DNA of 62,898 nt, the filler included, from Globobulimina sp. (taxonomy: Eukaryota), in assembly GCA_003354225.1 (NCBI GenBank). It is 42 parts of 42 records of this genome, joined end to end, with 100 filler letters (N's around TTAATTAATTAA, not from the genome) between each part and the next. Parts side by side here need not be neighbours in the genome. Positions count along the whole stretch, not along the records: positions 36,013 to 37,412 come from PIVH01017296.1; positions 37,513 to 38,912 come from PIVH01017297.1; positions 39,013 to 40,412 come from PIVH01017298.1; positions 40,513 to 41,912 come from PIVH01017299.1; positions 42,013 to 43,411 come from PIVH01017300.1; positions 43,512 to 44,910 come from PIVH01017301.1; positions 45,011 to 46,409 come from PIVH01017302.1; positions 46,510 to 47,908 come from PIVH01017303.1; 34 more parts are not named here. One strand, given 5' to 3'. Positions 36,203 to 48,315 of the stretch are shown here, piece after piece. The position numbers were made by a program, and so were the translations under genes. The notes under the pieces were generated by a model, which was not told where the DNA came from, did no database searches, and saw only the letters and a list, made by a program, of their open reading frames with translations. Each line of letters opens with the position of its first letter. Positions within the stretch are counted from its first letter, which is position 1.

Positions 36203-37412
36203 TTGCTCAACAGGATGAATTGCATGTTCCTTGCTCTGCAGTTACTATATGTTAACTCTTGTTTTGCATCGTTCGCTGGATCATTAATCAAAGGGCATTA
36301 TCCATTAATGTATTTATTAGAAAACGGTAAATGGGCAAACACATCTGTCAAACAACAGTTTATACACTGGTTGTTTTATGTCAATCTTATACCAGCAAAT
36401 ATGAATGATTCAGTTACATTCTCCGAATCCGATGTCATGCATCAAATGGTGACAACTGATATGGATTCATTACAATCTCATGGTTATCAATGGAATGCAC
36501 CCATTTATTGGACATATGCATCCGCACCAAATGGCTTACTCAAAATAATATTCACAATTCCAAATTTACGTCAGGTTCGTGAATGGATCTATAGTGATCA
36601 TGCATTAGATAGTGATTTTAAATCCAGTTTAGCTGTCGACATATTCTATTTAATATCCATTATTTTCCGAAATATTAATCATCCACCAATTAGTAACTAT
36701 GATGTGGCGTTTCTCTATGAAATATGGTCAAGAAACAAAAACCCAGACATTTCGGTGAAAATCATTTTTTATTATCTTAGACTGCTTACAGAATCTGACA
36801 ATATCAGAAAAAATAGCAGTTCATTAGTACAACACGATGCAATTAATTACATTGTATTATTGAACGTGTGGCAAACTGCCCAACCACCAATAGCACTGCA
36901 ACAATTTTTAAATGGAATTGTGGAGACTATAGATTGTGTATTATTAGCACACACAACACATAATCCGTATAACGTTGATTTAGGATTTAGAATTATTCAA
37001 AGAATGGTTAAGTTAGTTGCAAACAAGATATTAATTTATTTTGACAAAGCATTGGCGGTTCATGTTGCTGGACACGAACGGTTTGCAGCACACGAACAGT
37101 TGGAACAGTTTAGAGGCATTAAAAGAAAGTACATTCCGACATTTTGGAGACATACGATTGACAGATTATGGCTAGCGTTTGCTTCCAAGCTCCCTGAAAT
37201 TATTGATCTTCGTAAAGATGACTTGGCAACATTTCTTGGAAAAACATTTATTCAAATTTATGGCTCTATTTATAGTGGTATGGAGAGTATTGAGAAGACG
37301 TATACTTTGATGAGTATGGTGGATGCAGTGAAAGGTTCCAACACTGTGACTTCTTCAATTTTTTACGCGGTTTTGCGTCAATGGATATATCTTCAGAGTA
37401 TGTTTGCCGTTT
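36203..37412 (+). CDS. Hypothetical helical protein, 3'-partial
   Basis: About 400-aa ORF, no motif recognised. Confidence 0.5.
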
Positions 37413-37729
37413 NNNNNNNNNNNNNNNNNNNNNNNNNNNNNNNNNNNNNNNNNNNNTTAATTAATTAANNNNNNNNNNNNNNNNNNNNNNNNNNNNNNNN
37501 NNNNNNNNNNNNAACCAATAAACAACTGATAAGGCAATATTATGTGGATGATTTTGAACACTTTTATCCAGCATTGTAAAAACAAAAAAAAACTGAATTA
37601 ACTCAATATTCTCAATCTCAATTAATGTGGATTAAGGCTTCAAATCAGACTTCATCGTCGAAACAGTAAACATTTACTGTTCAGTGAAATTTTTTTACTG
37701 TTCTAAATTTACTGTGAGGCTTCAAGTTA

Positions 37730-38912
37730 ATGGCTAAGATTTCGAGAACCAGCTTTCAATTTCGCCACCACCTCAGGCTATGCAAACCGATACGCAATTG
37801 TAAAAACAAAAAATATGGATATTCAGTGGGATTCTTGATATTGTGGGCACTATGTATTGCCAGCATATTTCTGTCATTCTCAACGTCGAATCTGAATGCA
37901 AGTGTTCCTATTATTGACACCCAATATCAACAGGACAGCAATACATTAAATTTAAATGGCTATGGCACAAACATAAAATTGGTGATTAATTTTGTGAATG
38001 ATAATTATTTTCGTGTATTCGAAAAATGGTTTATTGTCTTCAATAAAACGTTTCAAGCTGACTTGGAAAACAATGTTTTGTTACTGACCGTATGTTTGGA
38101 CGATGGCGCATTTGATAAAATATCCGCAATCACCGAGGGAATCCATGTCCAGCTCTTGCAATACAACATACTCACTTTAAATATCAACCATATCCAACAG
38201 TGTTACATGCGGTATACCTTCATATTCGACAACACGCTCCGTGGCGAAACCAGAGCTCTCATATGGTTCTACAGACTCTGTGTTTTAAAACATTTATTTG
38301 ATTCAAACAATCGCCATATTCTCAGCTCATTAATACTGACAGATACTGATGCATATTGGCTCAAGAATCCATATACTTATTTGCATCAATACTCATTCAT
38401 AGATATAATGGCATCGCCCGGTCGATGGCCAGAAGACTGTCACCTACGCACAGAGAGACCATCCGCCTTAATTATGGGCTTCATATTCTTCAACAACACA
38501 CTGAAAAATAAACAAATATTAAATGAAACCTACACTAAATGTAAGATGCAGGGCCGACGCTGCGACGACCAAACCATTTTAAATTGTGGGCTGCTACAAA
38601 AAAACTTAACTTTTATAGACAACAGGACGCAGTCTCACAATCACAACAGTATCAATATCCATTATCTTCCTTTAAAATACTTTTGTCGCCGTAATTGCAT
38701 GCAACTGCTAAATATCAGCGATGTCCAAAGCAAGCATGATTTGTATATTGCACATCCAACCAGTCATAAAACGTCGAGGGGCAAAAAAAGAGAATTCCAA
38801 CTGTTGGATAATTATCTGAGACGTAAAATTAATTTTAATTTGCAATTTGTACATATTCCAAAGACTGCTGGTTCGACGGTTGGGGATGTATTGAAACTAA
38901 AGTTTAATATTA
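37730..38912 (+). CDS. Type II membrane GT77-like nucleotide-diphospho-sugar transferase followed by sulfotransferase start
   Basis: TM; VCLDD; LTDTDAYWLKNP (DxD); GFIFF; DDQTILN; then FVHIPKTAGST (5'-PSB loop). Confidence 0.8.
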
Positions 38913-39423
38913 NNNNNNNNNNNNNNNNNNNNNNNNNNNNNNNNNNNNNNNNNNNNTTAATTAATTAANNNNNNNNNNNNNNNNNNNNNNNNNNNNNNNN
39001 NNNNNNNNNNNNAATCACAAAAGAAGTGTTTAGAAGTTTAAGCCTAAAAAGTCAAATGTGGTGGCTTTCATAATATTGTTAAGACAGCGGATAACAAATA
39101 TTATTTATGGGGATATAATGCATATAATCAATGTTTACATGTTCGTGATGCCGATCCGCCAGAACATATTAAGAAACCCTTATTATTTAATTCAAATTAT
39201 TTTGATACAGATGAAGAAATTCTTGAAATGTATCCTGGAAATTATGAAACACGAATAGTAATTTGTAAAATTTAAATAAAGATGCATTTTTTTAGCACTT
39301 TCATGAATTTTCACGATTTTTAACATTTTATCATTTTTTAACTTTTACGGCTTTTGGACAAATAAAAAAGGGTACATCGTTTCGAAAACCATAATAAAGA
39401 AAATCAAACTGTTTTTTGAACAG

Positions 39424-40412
39424 TCAATATAGAGACTCATATTTCCATTCATTAAACCATGAGTTATATTTACTTACAAACATCATCATTGCGACACCGA
39501 TAGAGACACCAAACACAAATGTCCATAAATACGACAGAAACGAATTGGAATTCGAAGCATCTGTTTTTTTCTTTTTTTCCAAATGTTTTTTATGAAAATA
39601 TTCATTTGTAACTTTTTGACAAGTTTGCTCCCATTTTTTTATATTCTCTCCATATTCAATCGCATCCATCAACACACTCAAACCACACAAATTACTTTTT
39701 GTATATTCATATTCTTTCAAACAGCCAGGAAACGGCGCCAATGCCTTTCCTTTCCGTGTCCATCGAAACAAATAATTCGCATACAACTCATTTGTATATT
39801 GTTGGATATTTAGGTTATACCATGGATCACTTTCACTCCTTTCATATATCTCTAATGTTAACATCTCCGCAAACATAGGCTCCCTTCCATTGGATATCCC
39901 CAATGCTTCCAACATATACAATATCGACGTATCATGCACAGAATGATAAATTAATTTTGCTTTCTCCGCATCCAAATAAGTATAATGTTCATCCTTTATT
40001 ATATGCTTATAATCAAAGCCAATATCAGTAGAGCTCCGTCCTTCTGCCTCCTCAGATTTCAATGTTCCAACCTGTCGCAAATGAATAATATGGTTTTGTA
40101 TCAACACCTTAAACAACCACGCCATTGGAGACGCTGCCAACTTACACGAAACCGCAGACGTTTGATTGTTTGCTAAAATTGCTTCGCGTATCGCATAACT
40201 CATATTCAATACATTCAGTAACTGTTCATACGACAACGGGACATCTAATCCGCCACAATACATCAACACAGCACCTTCGCCACGATCATAGGAATAATTA
40301 TTGCCAGTTATCCTCAACCAATCAGCTCGTGTTTTATTCATTAATTGCGATTTAAATAAATTCTTATATTGCTCCGATTGCATTCCCATATCGTTGATAT
40401 ATTTGGCAATCA
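39424..40412 (-). CDS. Lysosomal-type histidine acid phosphatase C-terminal part
   Basis: YHSVHDTSI (HD motif), PMFAEMLTLEIY, C-terminal TM and YESL sorting motif. Confidence 0.8.
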
Positions 40413-41015
40413 NNNNNNNNNNNNNNNNNNNNNNNNNNNNNNNNNNNNNNNNNNNNTTAATTAATTAANNNNNNNNNNNNNNNNNNNNNNNNNNNNNNNN
40501 NNNNNNNNNNNNCATAAAATTCCAAAATATCGGAAATATATTCATTTTGCGTTGCTACACTCAGTTTAAATCTGTTTTCTCTTTGACATAATAATTGTGC
40601 GTAATCATTTAATTTATTTATTTTCTGCGATGAATTATTTCTCTGCTCAATGTATTGCAGAAACAAATGTTTCTCAAATTCATTTTGTATTTGAATGGAT
40701 ATTTTTTCACATTGATTGCATAGAAGAATATAAGATTGCATATTGAATTTATGATTGTTTCCAAATAATTCATCATAATAAACTTTTGGAAATACCTCAA
40801 ATATCTTCAATTTATGTAACCATCATTCTTTTTAAATTTATGATAAAAATAAAAATTCAAAAAATATCGCAATTATGGTTTAGGCGATGTGGTGAAAGAT
40901 TTTCAATGGTCTGATGATGACTAACTTTCATATTTTGTATTATATTCTTGATTTAAAATTAAATGCAAAGGACTTTTCATGCTGTCATTAAACTTAAAAT
41001 TTATTAACAAAGACC

Positions 41016-41912
41016 ATGAGCTTTCTTGTGAGCGACACCTTTCAATATTTTGTAAGTAATTCATTCAATATCAAAGATTATGGGACAACAATCATCAAAA
41101 CAGATCATTCATATAAAACTGTGTATGGTGGCAAAGTCGTGAAAGGAAGTGGCATTTTTCTATGGCAAATTTTAGTAAATAAATTAACAAATGGTTATTG
41201 TGTAATCGGAATCGACGAAGCAAATCATAAACATAAAAATACATTCTTTTTTAATCAATGTGACTCAACCATTCATTATGGATATGATTCAGGCGGTTCT
41301 AAATATGATCCCAATGGTAAAAGTAGTAAATATTCAGTTTCTTACATCGAGGGAGATTTAATAATTATGGAATTAAATTTAGATAAAAATTGGCTCTCAT
41401 TTGGAAAAAATTCATCAAAGCATTTAAAATTTTCAAATCTAAAATTGGATTTTGTTTAGCGATTTATTTTCATGATAGAAACGATAGTTTCTCAATTTTG
41501 TCCATGGCGCCACCACCACCGCCGCCGCCGCTTTTTTCATCGCCAATTTTGTTCACTGCACCACCACCTCTACGACCACCAAAAATATGTGATGGAAAAG
41601 AAAAGGAAGTCAATAAAAAAAAAGAAATACGAATACTATCTCAAAAAGTATGGTTTTTTTTGTTTGCGATTTTGGTATAAATTTTGATTTTTTTCTGCAG
41701 GAAAATAAAGTGAGTGAGTGGCTCAAGAAAACAGTTTTAAAACCACAATATTTAACAAATTTCATTTCGGCCGGATTTGATACAATGGCTGGTATCGAAG
41801 AGATGGATGAAACGGATTTGAGAGAGATAGGAATTGAATTAAAAGGACATCGAAAACATTTTCTTAAATATATCAAAGAATTACAGACAGAAACAGATGA
41901 AAAAGACGATAG
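41016..41912 (+). CDS. SPRY/B30.2 + poly-Pro + SAM domain protein; frameshift near 41405; intron 41648-41700
   Basis: CVIGID..YGY..GDLIIMELNL..LSFGKN; PPPPPPP; VSEWL..F..GFD..DLREIGI..GHRK. Confidence 0.8.
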
Positions 41913-42012
41913 NNNNNNNNNNNNNNNNNNNNNNNNNNNNNNNNNNNNNNNNNNNNTTAATTAATTAANNNNNNNNNNNNNNNNNNNNNNNNNNNNNNNN
42001 NNNNNNNNNNNN

Positions 42013-42500
42013 GATGCAGCTATCTGGGAAAGTTCAGATAATCGTATGTTTACCGCAACTGGTGACGAAGCTGATGTTGATGGTAATGGTTATGGCGAGA
42101 TCCTTCAACCCATAGCTTATTTTGCCGATGTCACACCTGATGATATTATCACTCAGGACGTAACTGTGACCTGGACTGTAGATATTACATCTGCTTATCG
42201 TGCAATTGCAAATGGTGACACGCTGATTGATACTCAGACTGGTGAAGATGATATTACTGCCTGGGACCAGGTCAACGGAATCGCCATTAATGGTGTCTTG
42301 AGCCAATGGTGGGATTGGGGTATTGATCTGACCTGTGTTGGTGAATGGGCCATGACCCAGAGTGATGAAGATGGTTTTGAATACATGTTTTCTTACCTCT
42401 ACACAGCTGGTCAGGCAAAGGCACAACAGTACAAATATGGAATCAACTCATTAGATAATGAGGCTGGTTTTGCCCAGAACCGTAACTTTATGGTTGATGA
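42013..42500 (+). CDS. Bacterial-type acidic secreted protein fragment (chimeric segment)
   Basis: VTVTWTVDI..INGVL..W.W..YKYGINSLDNEAGFAQNR; higher GC than flank. Confidence 0.55.
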
Positions 42501-43035
42501 CGCAAAATTCCTAAATGAAGAATGGATGGATAATGTTAATATTATTAAAATAAATGATGGATACGAAGATGTGATGTTGTTTTTAGCAGCGTTAATATGG
42601 CCATATATTGATATTTATTTTATAATTTCAATCTCTTTAAAACAATTATTGCCATTTAAAATAGTGTCACAAAAAGAATTTGCATCTATGTGCTCAAAGA
42701 ATGCAGCAATCAAATATTTTCAAAGCGAAATTCACTTCTTTGAATGTGTGGGAATTCATAATATAAACAATGCTTTAAAATGGTTTCTATCACAAAGGAT
42801 ATTAACTGCACAGAGTGTACAAATCAGAAAGTCAAATTTTTTGACTCAAAGTAGAGGAACAACTGTTTCTGTCTTTCAATTATCGGAAATATATCGAAAT
42901 GAAAATGCAATTGATGAATTATCGACTGTTATCTCTCAATATAGGAAACCAATCAAAAACAATCCACAAAGGCAAAATAATAACCACAAAAAAGTAAAAA
43001 CTTTAAAATTAAGCCATAATCTCTCCAAACTATAA
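42500..43035 (+). CDS. Glycerol-3-phosphate/DHAP acyltransferase-like C-terminal fragment
   Basis: FLAALIWPYIDIY..FFE...INNALKWF resembles GPAT_C; ends in SKL (PTS1 peroxisomal signal, as expected for DHAPAT). Confidence 0.6.
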
Positions 43036-43511
43036 TTTGGTGTTAAAAAAAAAGCCATAAATTGAATCAGTATAAAAAGTATTTTGTGATTAATTTCAAA
43101 AACAACTTACTTTGCACACTCATTTATTAATAGCATTATGGCACTTCATATTGCTTTAGGCGATTTTATTACTTTCACAATCATTGGGGTAATAGAATTG
43201 ACCATAACAATTTCATGGGTAGTTTTAGTATATGGTTGCAAAATAGCACCCAACAAAAACAAGTTACTCAAAGCTGATGGAATTAATTCTAAATCAGATA
43301 AAAATTTATCAGATACAACAAAGGCATCACGCAATGCAGGAACCGGTTCTGAAAATAATTCAAAAACTAAATCACATGAAACAAACATCGAAATTACAAA
43401 TACGGCAGCACNNNNNNNNNNNNNNNNNNNNNNNNNNNNNNNNNNNNNNNNNNNNTTAATTAATTAANNNNNNNNNNNNNNNNNNNNNNNNNNNNNNNNN
43501 NNNNNNNNNNN

Positions 43512-43630
43512 GTTTCTAAATAGTTACTAAATAGTTACGCATTATCGTTTTTGTTTTGAAATAATTACTAAATAGTTTCTAAATAGTAACTAATTAGTTG
43601 CATTTTCACTAAATAGTTACTAAATAGTTA
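43512..43630. repeat. Degenerate 11-mer repeat (CTAAATAGTTA)
   Basis: Several near-identical copies upstream of the kinase gene. Confidence 0.8.
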
Positions 43631-43801
43631 TGTGGTAACTAATCAGATTGCCCAGCCTCGTAGTGTTGCTCGTTTTGCTTGTTTGATTTCTGAACAAAAG
43701 TTTTTTGAAACATTTCCATCATTGTATTTAAAAACCATCTGGTCATTAAACCTATATATGCATATTGATACTGCGCATTTAAACTTATAATAGATCTGAC
43801 T

Positions 43802-44885
43802 ATGGGTTGTGGTGAATCGAAGTTGGATGAAGACGCTGAGGACAACTCCCAAGAGAAGGCATTCAATGAGGAAAAATCAGAATATTCAGACTTACCAAAT
43901 GTAACCATGATCATAGGAGACAAAATAGAGAAATACTTTTATAGCGAGAAGGTGTTGGGTATGCAATGCATATAAAGTATACGTACTTTCCTGTGCGAGG
44001 ATAACACACAAACACAAACACAAAATACAAACAAAAGGGAGCGGTGGTTCTTGTCGCGTCTTAAAAGCAAAAAAGAAATCAGATAAGTCTCTATATGCTA
44101 TGAAGGAATTAATCCGCGAAGACGAATGGAATCCAATCCTCTTCAAGAAAGAGATAGAAATCTTGACCTTATTATCGGGCAATGAGCATATATTAAGCTA
44201 TAAAGAGTCGTATATCAATGACACACATTTTTATTTATGTACGCAGCTATGTACTGGCGGCGAATTATTTGATAAAGTAAAAAAATTAAAGCATTTCAGT
44301 GAGAAGCAAGCCGCTGAAGTTTTGGTCACCATTTTACTCGCAATCCAGCACATCCATAGCAAGAAAATCGCGCATCGCGACTTGAAACCGGAAAATATTG
44401 TCTATAAAACACGCAAATCAGACAGCGATATTGTTATCATTGATTTTGGAGACGCTGAACGCGTAAAAGGTATTATATTATATATATGTGTCAATTTATG
44501 TGTTTTTATATATATTATGTATATTACGCAGGTGATCAGGCATTGTACAGTGATTTTGTAGGTACGCCTTTTTATTTGGCGCCAGAATGCGTGCGGCATC
44601 GCTGTGGATGGGAGTTATATAAATCAGACATGTGGGCAGTGGGCGTGATCACTTATGTTTTGTTAACGGGGAGACCGCCATTTTGGGGCAGGAATAATCG
44701 CGAAATGTTGACCAAAATCATCAAATCCAATATTCATTGGCCATCGGGAATTGCATTATCGACTTCGTGCAAAGCGTTTATCTCCGAACTCTTAGAAAAA
44801 GATCCTCGAAAACGGCTATGTGCCGCCGAAGCACTTTCGCATGATTGGATTCAGCACGATGCAAAGCTACATAATCGACATTTAG
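43802..44885 (+). CDS. CDPK/CaMK-like kinase, 3'-partial; introns 43959-44037 and 44470-44531
   Basis: MGC acylation start, LG|SGGS, AMK, GGELF, HRDLKPEN, DFG, GTPFYLAPE; introns restore frame. Confidence 0.93.
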
Positions 44886-45330
44886 GTCTGTTTTTATCTG
44901 TTTTTGTGTGNNNNNNNNNNNNNNNNNNNNNNNNNNNNNNNNNNNNNNNNNNNNTTAATTAATTAANNNNNNNNNNNNNNNNNNNNNNNNNNNNNNNNNN
45001 NNNNNNNNNNCTTTGTTATTCATTTCCCATTTAAGCATTTTTTTTTGATGGAGAATTTGCACCTTCAATAATCAATCCCTCTTTTGTTGATTTAAAATGC
45101 AATGGATGTGTTTGATAAATACCTAATGTTGCATCAAAAATATTAAATTTATTTCTGCCTCGACCATAACCACCAAACGACCAAAAGCTATATGGTATGT
45201 CTGGCGATTGTACATCTAAGTTCCAGTCTGACATTGTTAAAATTAAACTACCGCAAAATAAACTAAAGATTTTTGAGTAGCCAACGAATCTTCAAAACAC
45301 TAAGAAATGCAAGATTAACTGAATCTTATT

Positions 45331-46266
45331 TTACATTTGTTGTATGGACATTAGTCCTTGAGGTTTATAGGGATAATTGCTAGTTGAATCAGGATTTTTA
45401 TGTACAACCACTCCCAACTGTGTAGTCAATATATTATTGATTTGATTGAGCACATCTGGATAAACATGAATACATCCATTAGAGTCTGGCATTTGATCCC
45501 CATCTTTCCACCCTGGCCATTCGCCCGTATGCATCAATATGCCGCCTCTCATAGGCGACGGCTGTCCATGCAATAGCACTGAATTCGATGTCATATTTTT
45601 ATATTTAATACCTTGTATTATTCGCTGTACGGGATAAGGGCCATAATATTTTTCATCTGAGGTTGGTTCTGGTGAATTTAAATCCACATAACATAGTCCT
45701 GTCGGAGTATTACCATCTGCAGTAAACTCGTTTAAACCCACCGAATTATCATAATTTGGCCATTGCGCTGAGGGCGGATCTGATTGTCCGTGAAGTCTTG
45801 CTTTAAATGTCAATAATAATTTATTATCAGCATCAAATAATTGTGCATTTGTTTCAATATCTCGCTGTGAATCATCATAAACCGGAATAAATATTTTATA
45901 TAACATGTTATAGTCACTTGCTTTAATGGTGCCGTTATCAGTGTATCTGTCATATGAATAATCTTTCAATGTTATAGTTGCTGTGCTTGGTCCAAATATA
46001 CCATCCGATGCCAGTAATGAATATGATTGGAACTGTTTAACTGCAGATGAAATGGAGGAAGTATATTCATTTGATGCAGTAATATTTGATGGCCAACAAG
46101 AACATCTCGACATTAATGTGGTTGCTATTAACACATCGTTTCCTTGCATCACAGGTGAGCTTACTTTCAATTCCCTTTTCCAAGGCAATGGCATTTGTTG
46201 CGGTTTTGTTACATATATTAACAACACAACAACTAAAAATGAAGCAACCATCATCGTCATCGTCAT
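45331..46266 (-). CDS. Secreted peptidoglycan-binding domain + L,D-transpeptidase (YkuD-like) protein
   Basis: Signal peptide; RELK..MQGNDV..AVKQFQ..L..DGIFGPST; GNTPTG; GILMH-x15-SNGCIH. Confidence 0.8.
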   Translation of the reverse strand: MTMTMMVASFLVVVLLIYVTKPQQMPLPWKRELKVSSPVMQGNDVLIATTLMSRCSCWPSNITASNEYTSSISSAVKQFQSYSLLASDGIFGPSTATITLKDYSYDRYTDNGTIKASDYNMLYKIFIPVYDDSQRDIETNAQLFDADNKLLLTFKARLHGQSDPPSAQWPNYDNSVGLNEFTADGNTPTGLCYVDLNSPEPTSDEKYYGPYPVQRIIQGIKYKNMTSNSVLLHGQPSPMRGGILMHTGEWPGWKDGDQMPDSNGCIHVYPDVLNQINNILTTQLGVVVHKNPDSTSNYPYKPQGLMSIQQM

Positions 46267-46709
46267 TCCATCATTTCACCACTTACCTGTGCAAGGTTAA
46301 TACTAAGATTGCTTTACCTAAGAAAAAATGAACATGACAGAGACAGACGAAGGTAAGCAAACTGTGGGATTTTCTATTGATTCATTACAAATGTATTCAG
46401 CATTGATTANNNNNNNNNNNNNNNNNNNNNNNNNNNNNNNNNNNNNNNNNNNNTTAATTAATTAANNNNNNNNNNNNNNNNNNNNNNNNNNNNNNNNNNN
46501 NNNNNNNNNTGAGTCATTTTTAAAAAGTTCAAAACTGAATACTTCACTTCCGACTCTCAAACTGCAGAATATTAAGTTGAGTAAAAATAGTAAACAGTTT
46601 GAGTTGGTATAAAACGACATATATATATATTCCCATACATTCTAAAGCTTCAAAGTGAAGAAAAACAGTTCAATAAATTTTCGGACTTGTGCGGATGTGT
46701 ACATATTAT

Positions 46710-47447
46710 TTACATTGAAACAAAAAGCGAATCGAACAACATTGCACCACCACAGAGCCGTAGAATTATGATTGTTTGACGAGATTGTGCTGCATTTGCT
46801 GTGCTCTCTGTCTTTATCGTCGCACTTGTTTGTGTTGTGCTCACCACAGATTCACTCGACATAAGTGTGCTTGGCATTGCTGTGATTGGCTGTGTCGTGG
46901 GACCGTCTGTGCAAACCAAACCATTCGAAAGATCGCTTGCACTTTTTGTCACTATTCCATATGACGCATCCGAATTTTTGACAGTTTCTGAAAATTCAAT
47001 TCTCACACCATCGACACAGGCGTCGTCCAAACATAAGATGTCATATCTCAGTCCATCGATCTCGGAACAGTGATTGTCACTCAAACCAATTCCTTCGCCA
47101 ATCATGTCAGTCGTCTCAGTTTGAGAGACGCAAAAGCGATGTCGTATGCCATAATAATTCAGACTCACATCTCTCACTATGATTTCATCCAAAAACAATT
47201 GATTTGTGCTCGCATACCAAACATACATGGCATACTCGCTTTGCACATTATTTCTCTCAAAATCCTCACAGTTCTGAGTCTGTATTGTATTGGTCGCATC
47301 GCAGACATACAGCGTATCACTGTCGGGAGCGAACAAAGAACACTGAAACCAATACTGTCCCCAATGCAATTGAGTGAGAAATTGGCATCGTTGATTGCGA
47401 ATGTGACCATCGGCCATGAGTACTGTGGTGTGTACAGCAGTGATCAC
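46710..47447 (-). CDS. Cys-containing extracellular protein with Thr-rich stalk (5' structure unresolved)
   Basis: ORF with several Cys and a PTTQP/T-rich tail. Confidence 0.4.
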   Translation of the reverse strand: MITAVHTTVLMADGHIRNQRCQFLTQLHWGQYWFQCSLFAPDSDTLYVCDATNTIQTQNCEDFERNNVQSEYAMYVWYASTNQLFLDEIIVRDVSLNYYGIRHRFCVSQTETTDMIGEGIGLSDNHCSEIDGLRYDILCLDDACVDGVRIEFSETVKNSDASYGIVTKSASDLSNGLVCTDGPTTQPITAMPSTLMSSESVVSTTQTSATIKTESTANAAQSRQTIIILRLCGGAMLFDSLFVSM

Positions 47448-48315
47448 ATCCCTATTGTCATATCATTGCAGGCGCCGTACACTTCGAGCGAATATATTGC
47501 ATTGTTTGGGTTTAAGACCGCCGCAGTGGCGTACAGCGGAGCGAATCCAATAATTTGTTTGACTTTGCATACGAGTGTTTGTGCTCGTGTTTCGACTGTA
47601 AATTAATCAAATTTTGCCGCAACGAATAAGTGATGGGCGACATGAATTGCCAAGATTTAAATATCCCATACCATAAATATTATCAACTTTTTGCCGTTTC
47701 GAAGGCGGATTATTTGCATCATGAGATCGTTTTTGACGGCTAGTTAGGAAGTTACGAATGTCGAGCATGCTGCTAATTGATTGATTTTAGTGAAAAAAAA
47801 ATCAAGCTGAAAATCGTTGCTTGATACAGGCTTTCTAGAAATTCTGAGCAATGGCAAGAAATGGTCTACTGTTTTGAGAAAGTCATTCTAAAAAAAAAAA
47901 TCCTTAGCNNNNNNNNNNNNNNNNNNNNNNNNNNNNNNNNNNNNNNNNNNNNTTAATTAATTAANNNNNNNNNNNNNNNNNNNNNNNNNNNNNNNNNNNN
48001 NNNNNNNNAGTTGAACAACAGACGAACATACGAACATACGAACAGATAGATTATTTTGTTTTGTTATTATGTTATGTGTGTTCGATTAAATTGTTCGACA
48101 TTTTGTTCGTGTTTTGACTGGAAATATTCTACGAATGTGTTAATTAGATCAGATCGATAGGAGCATTCTTTCAAAATGGTCAGATCTGCAATTACCAAAC
48201 CATTGCTATCATGAACTAGTCGGTCATCATTGCATTTATTCGCAACCAAGATATATAACAAAAAAAAACAACGAAAAAAGATAAAATAATTAATATTTTA
48301 ATAATATAATTGGTG

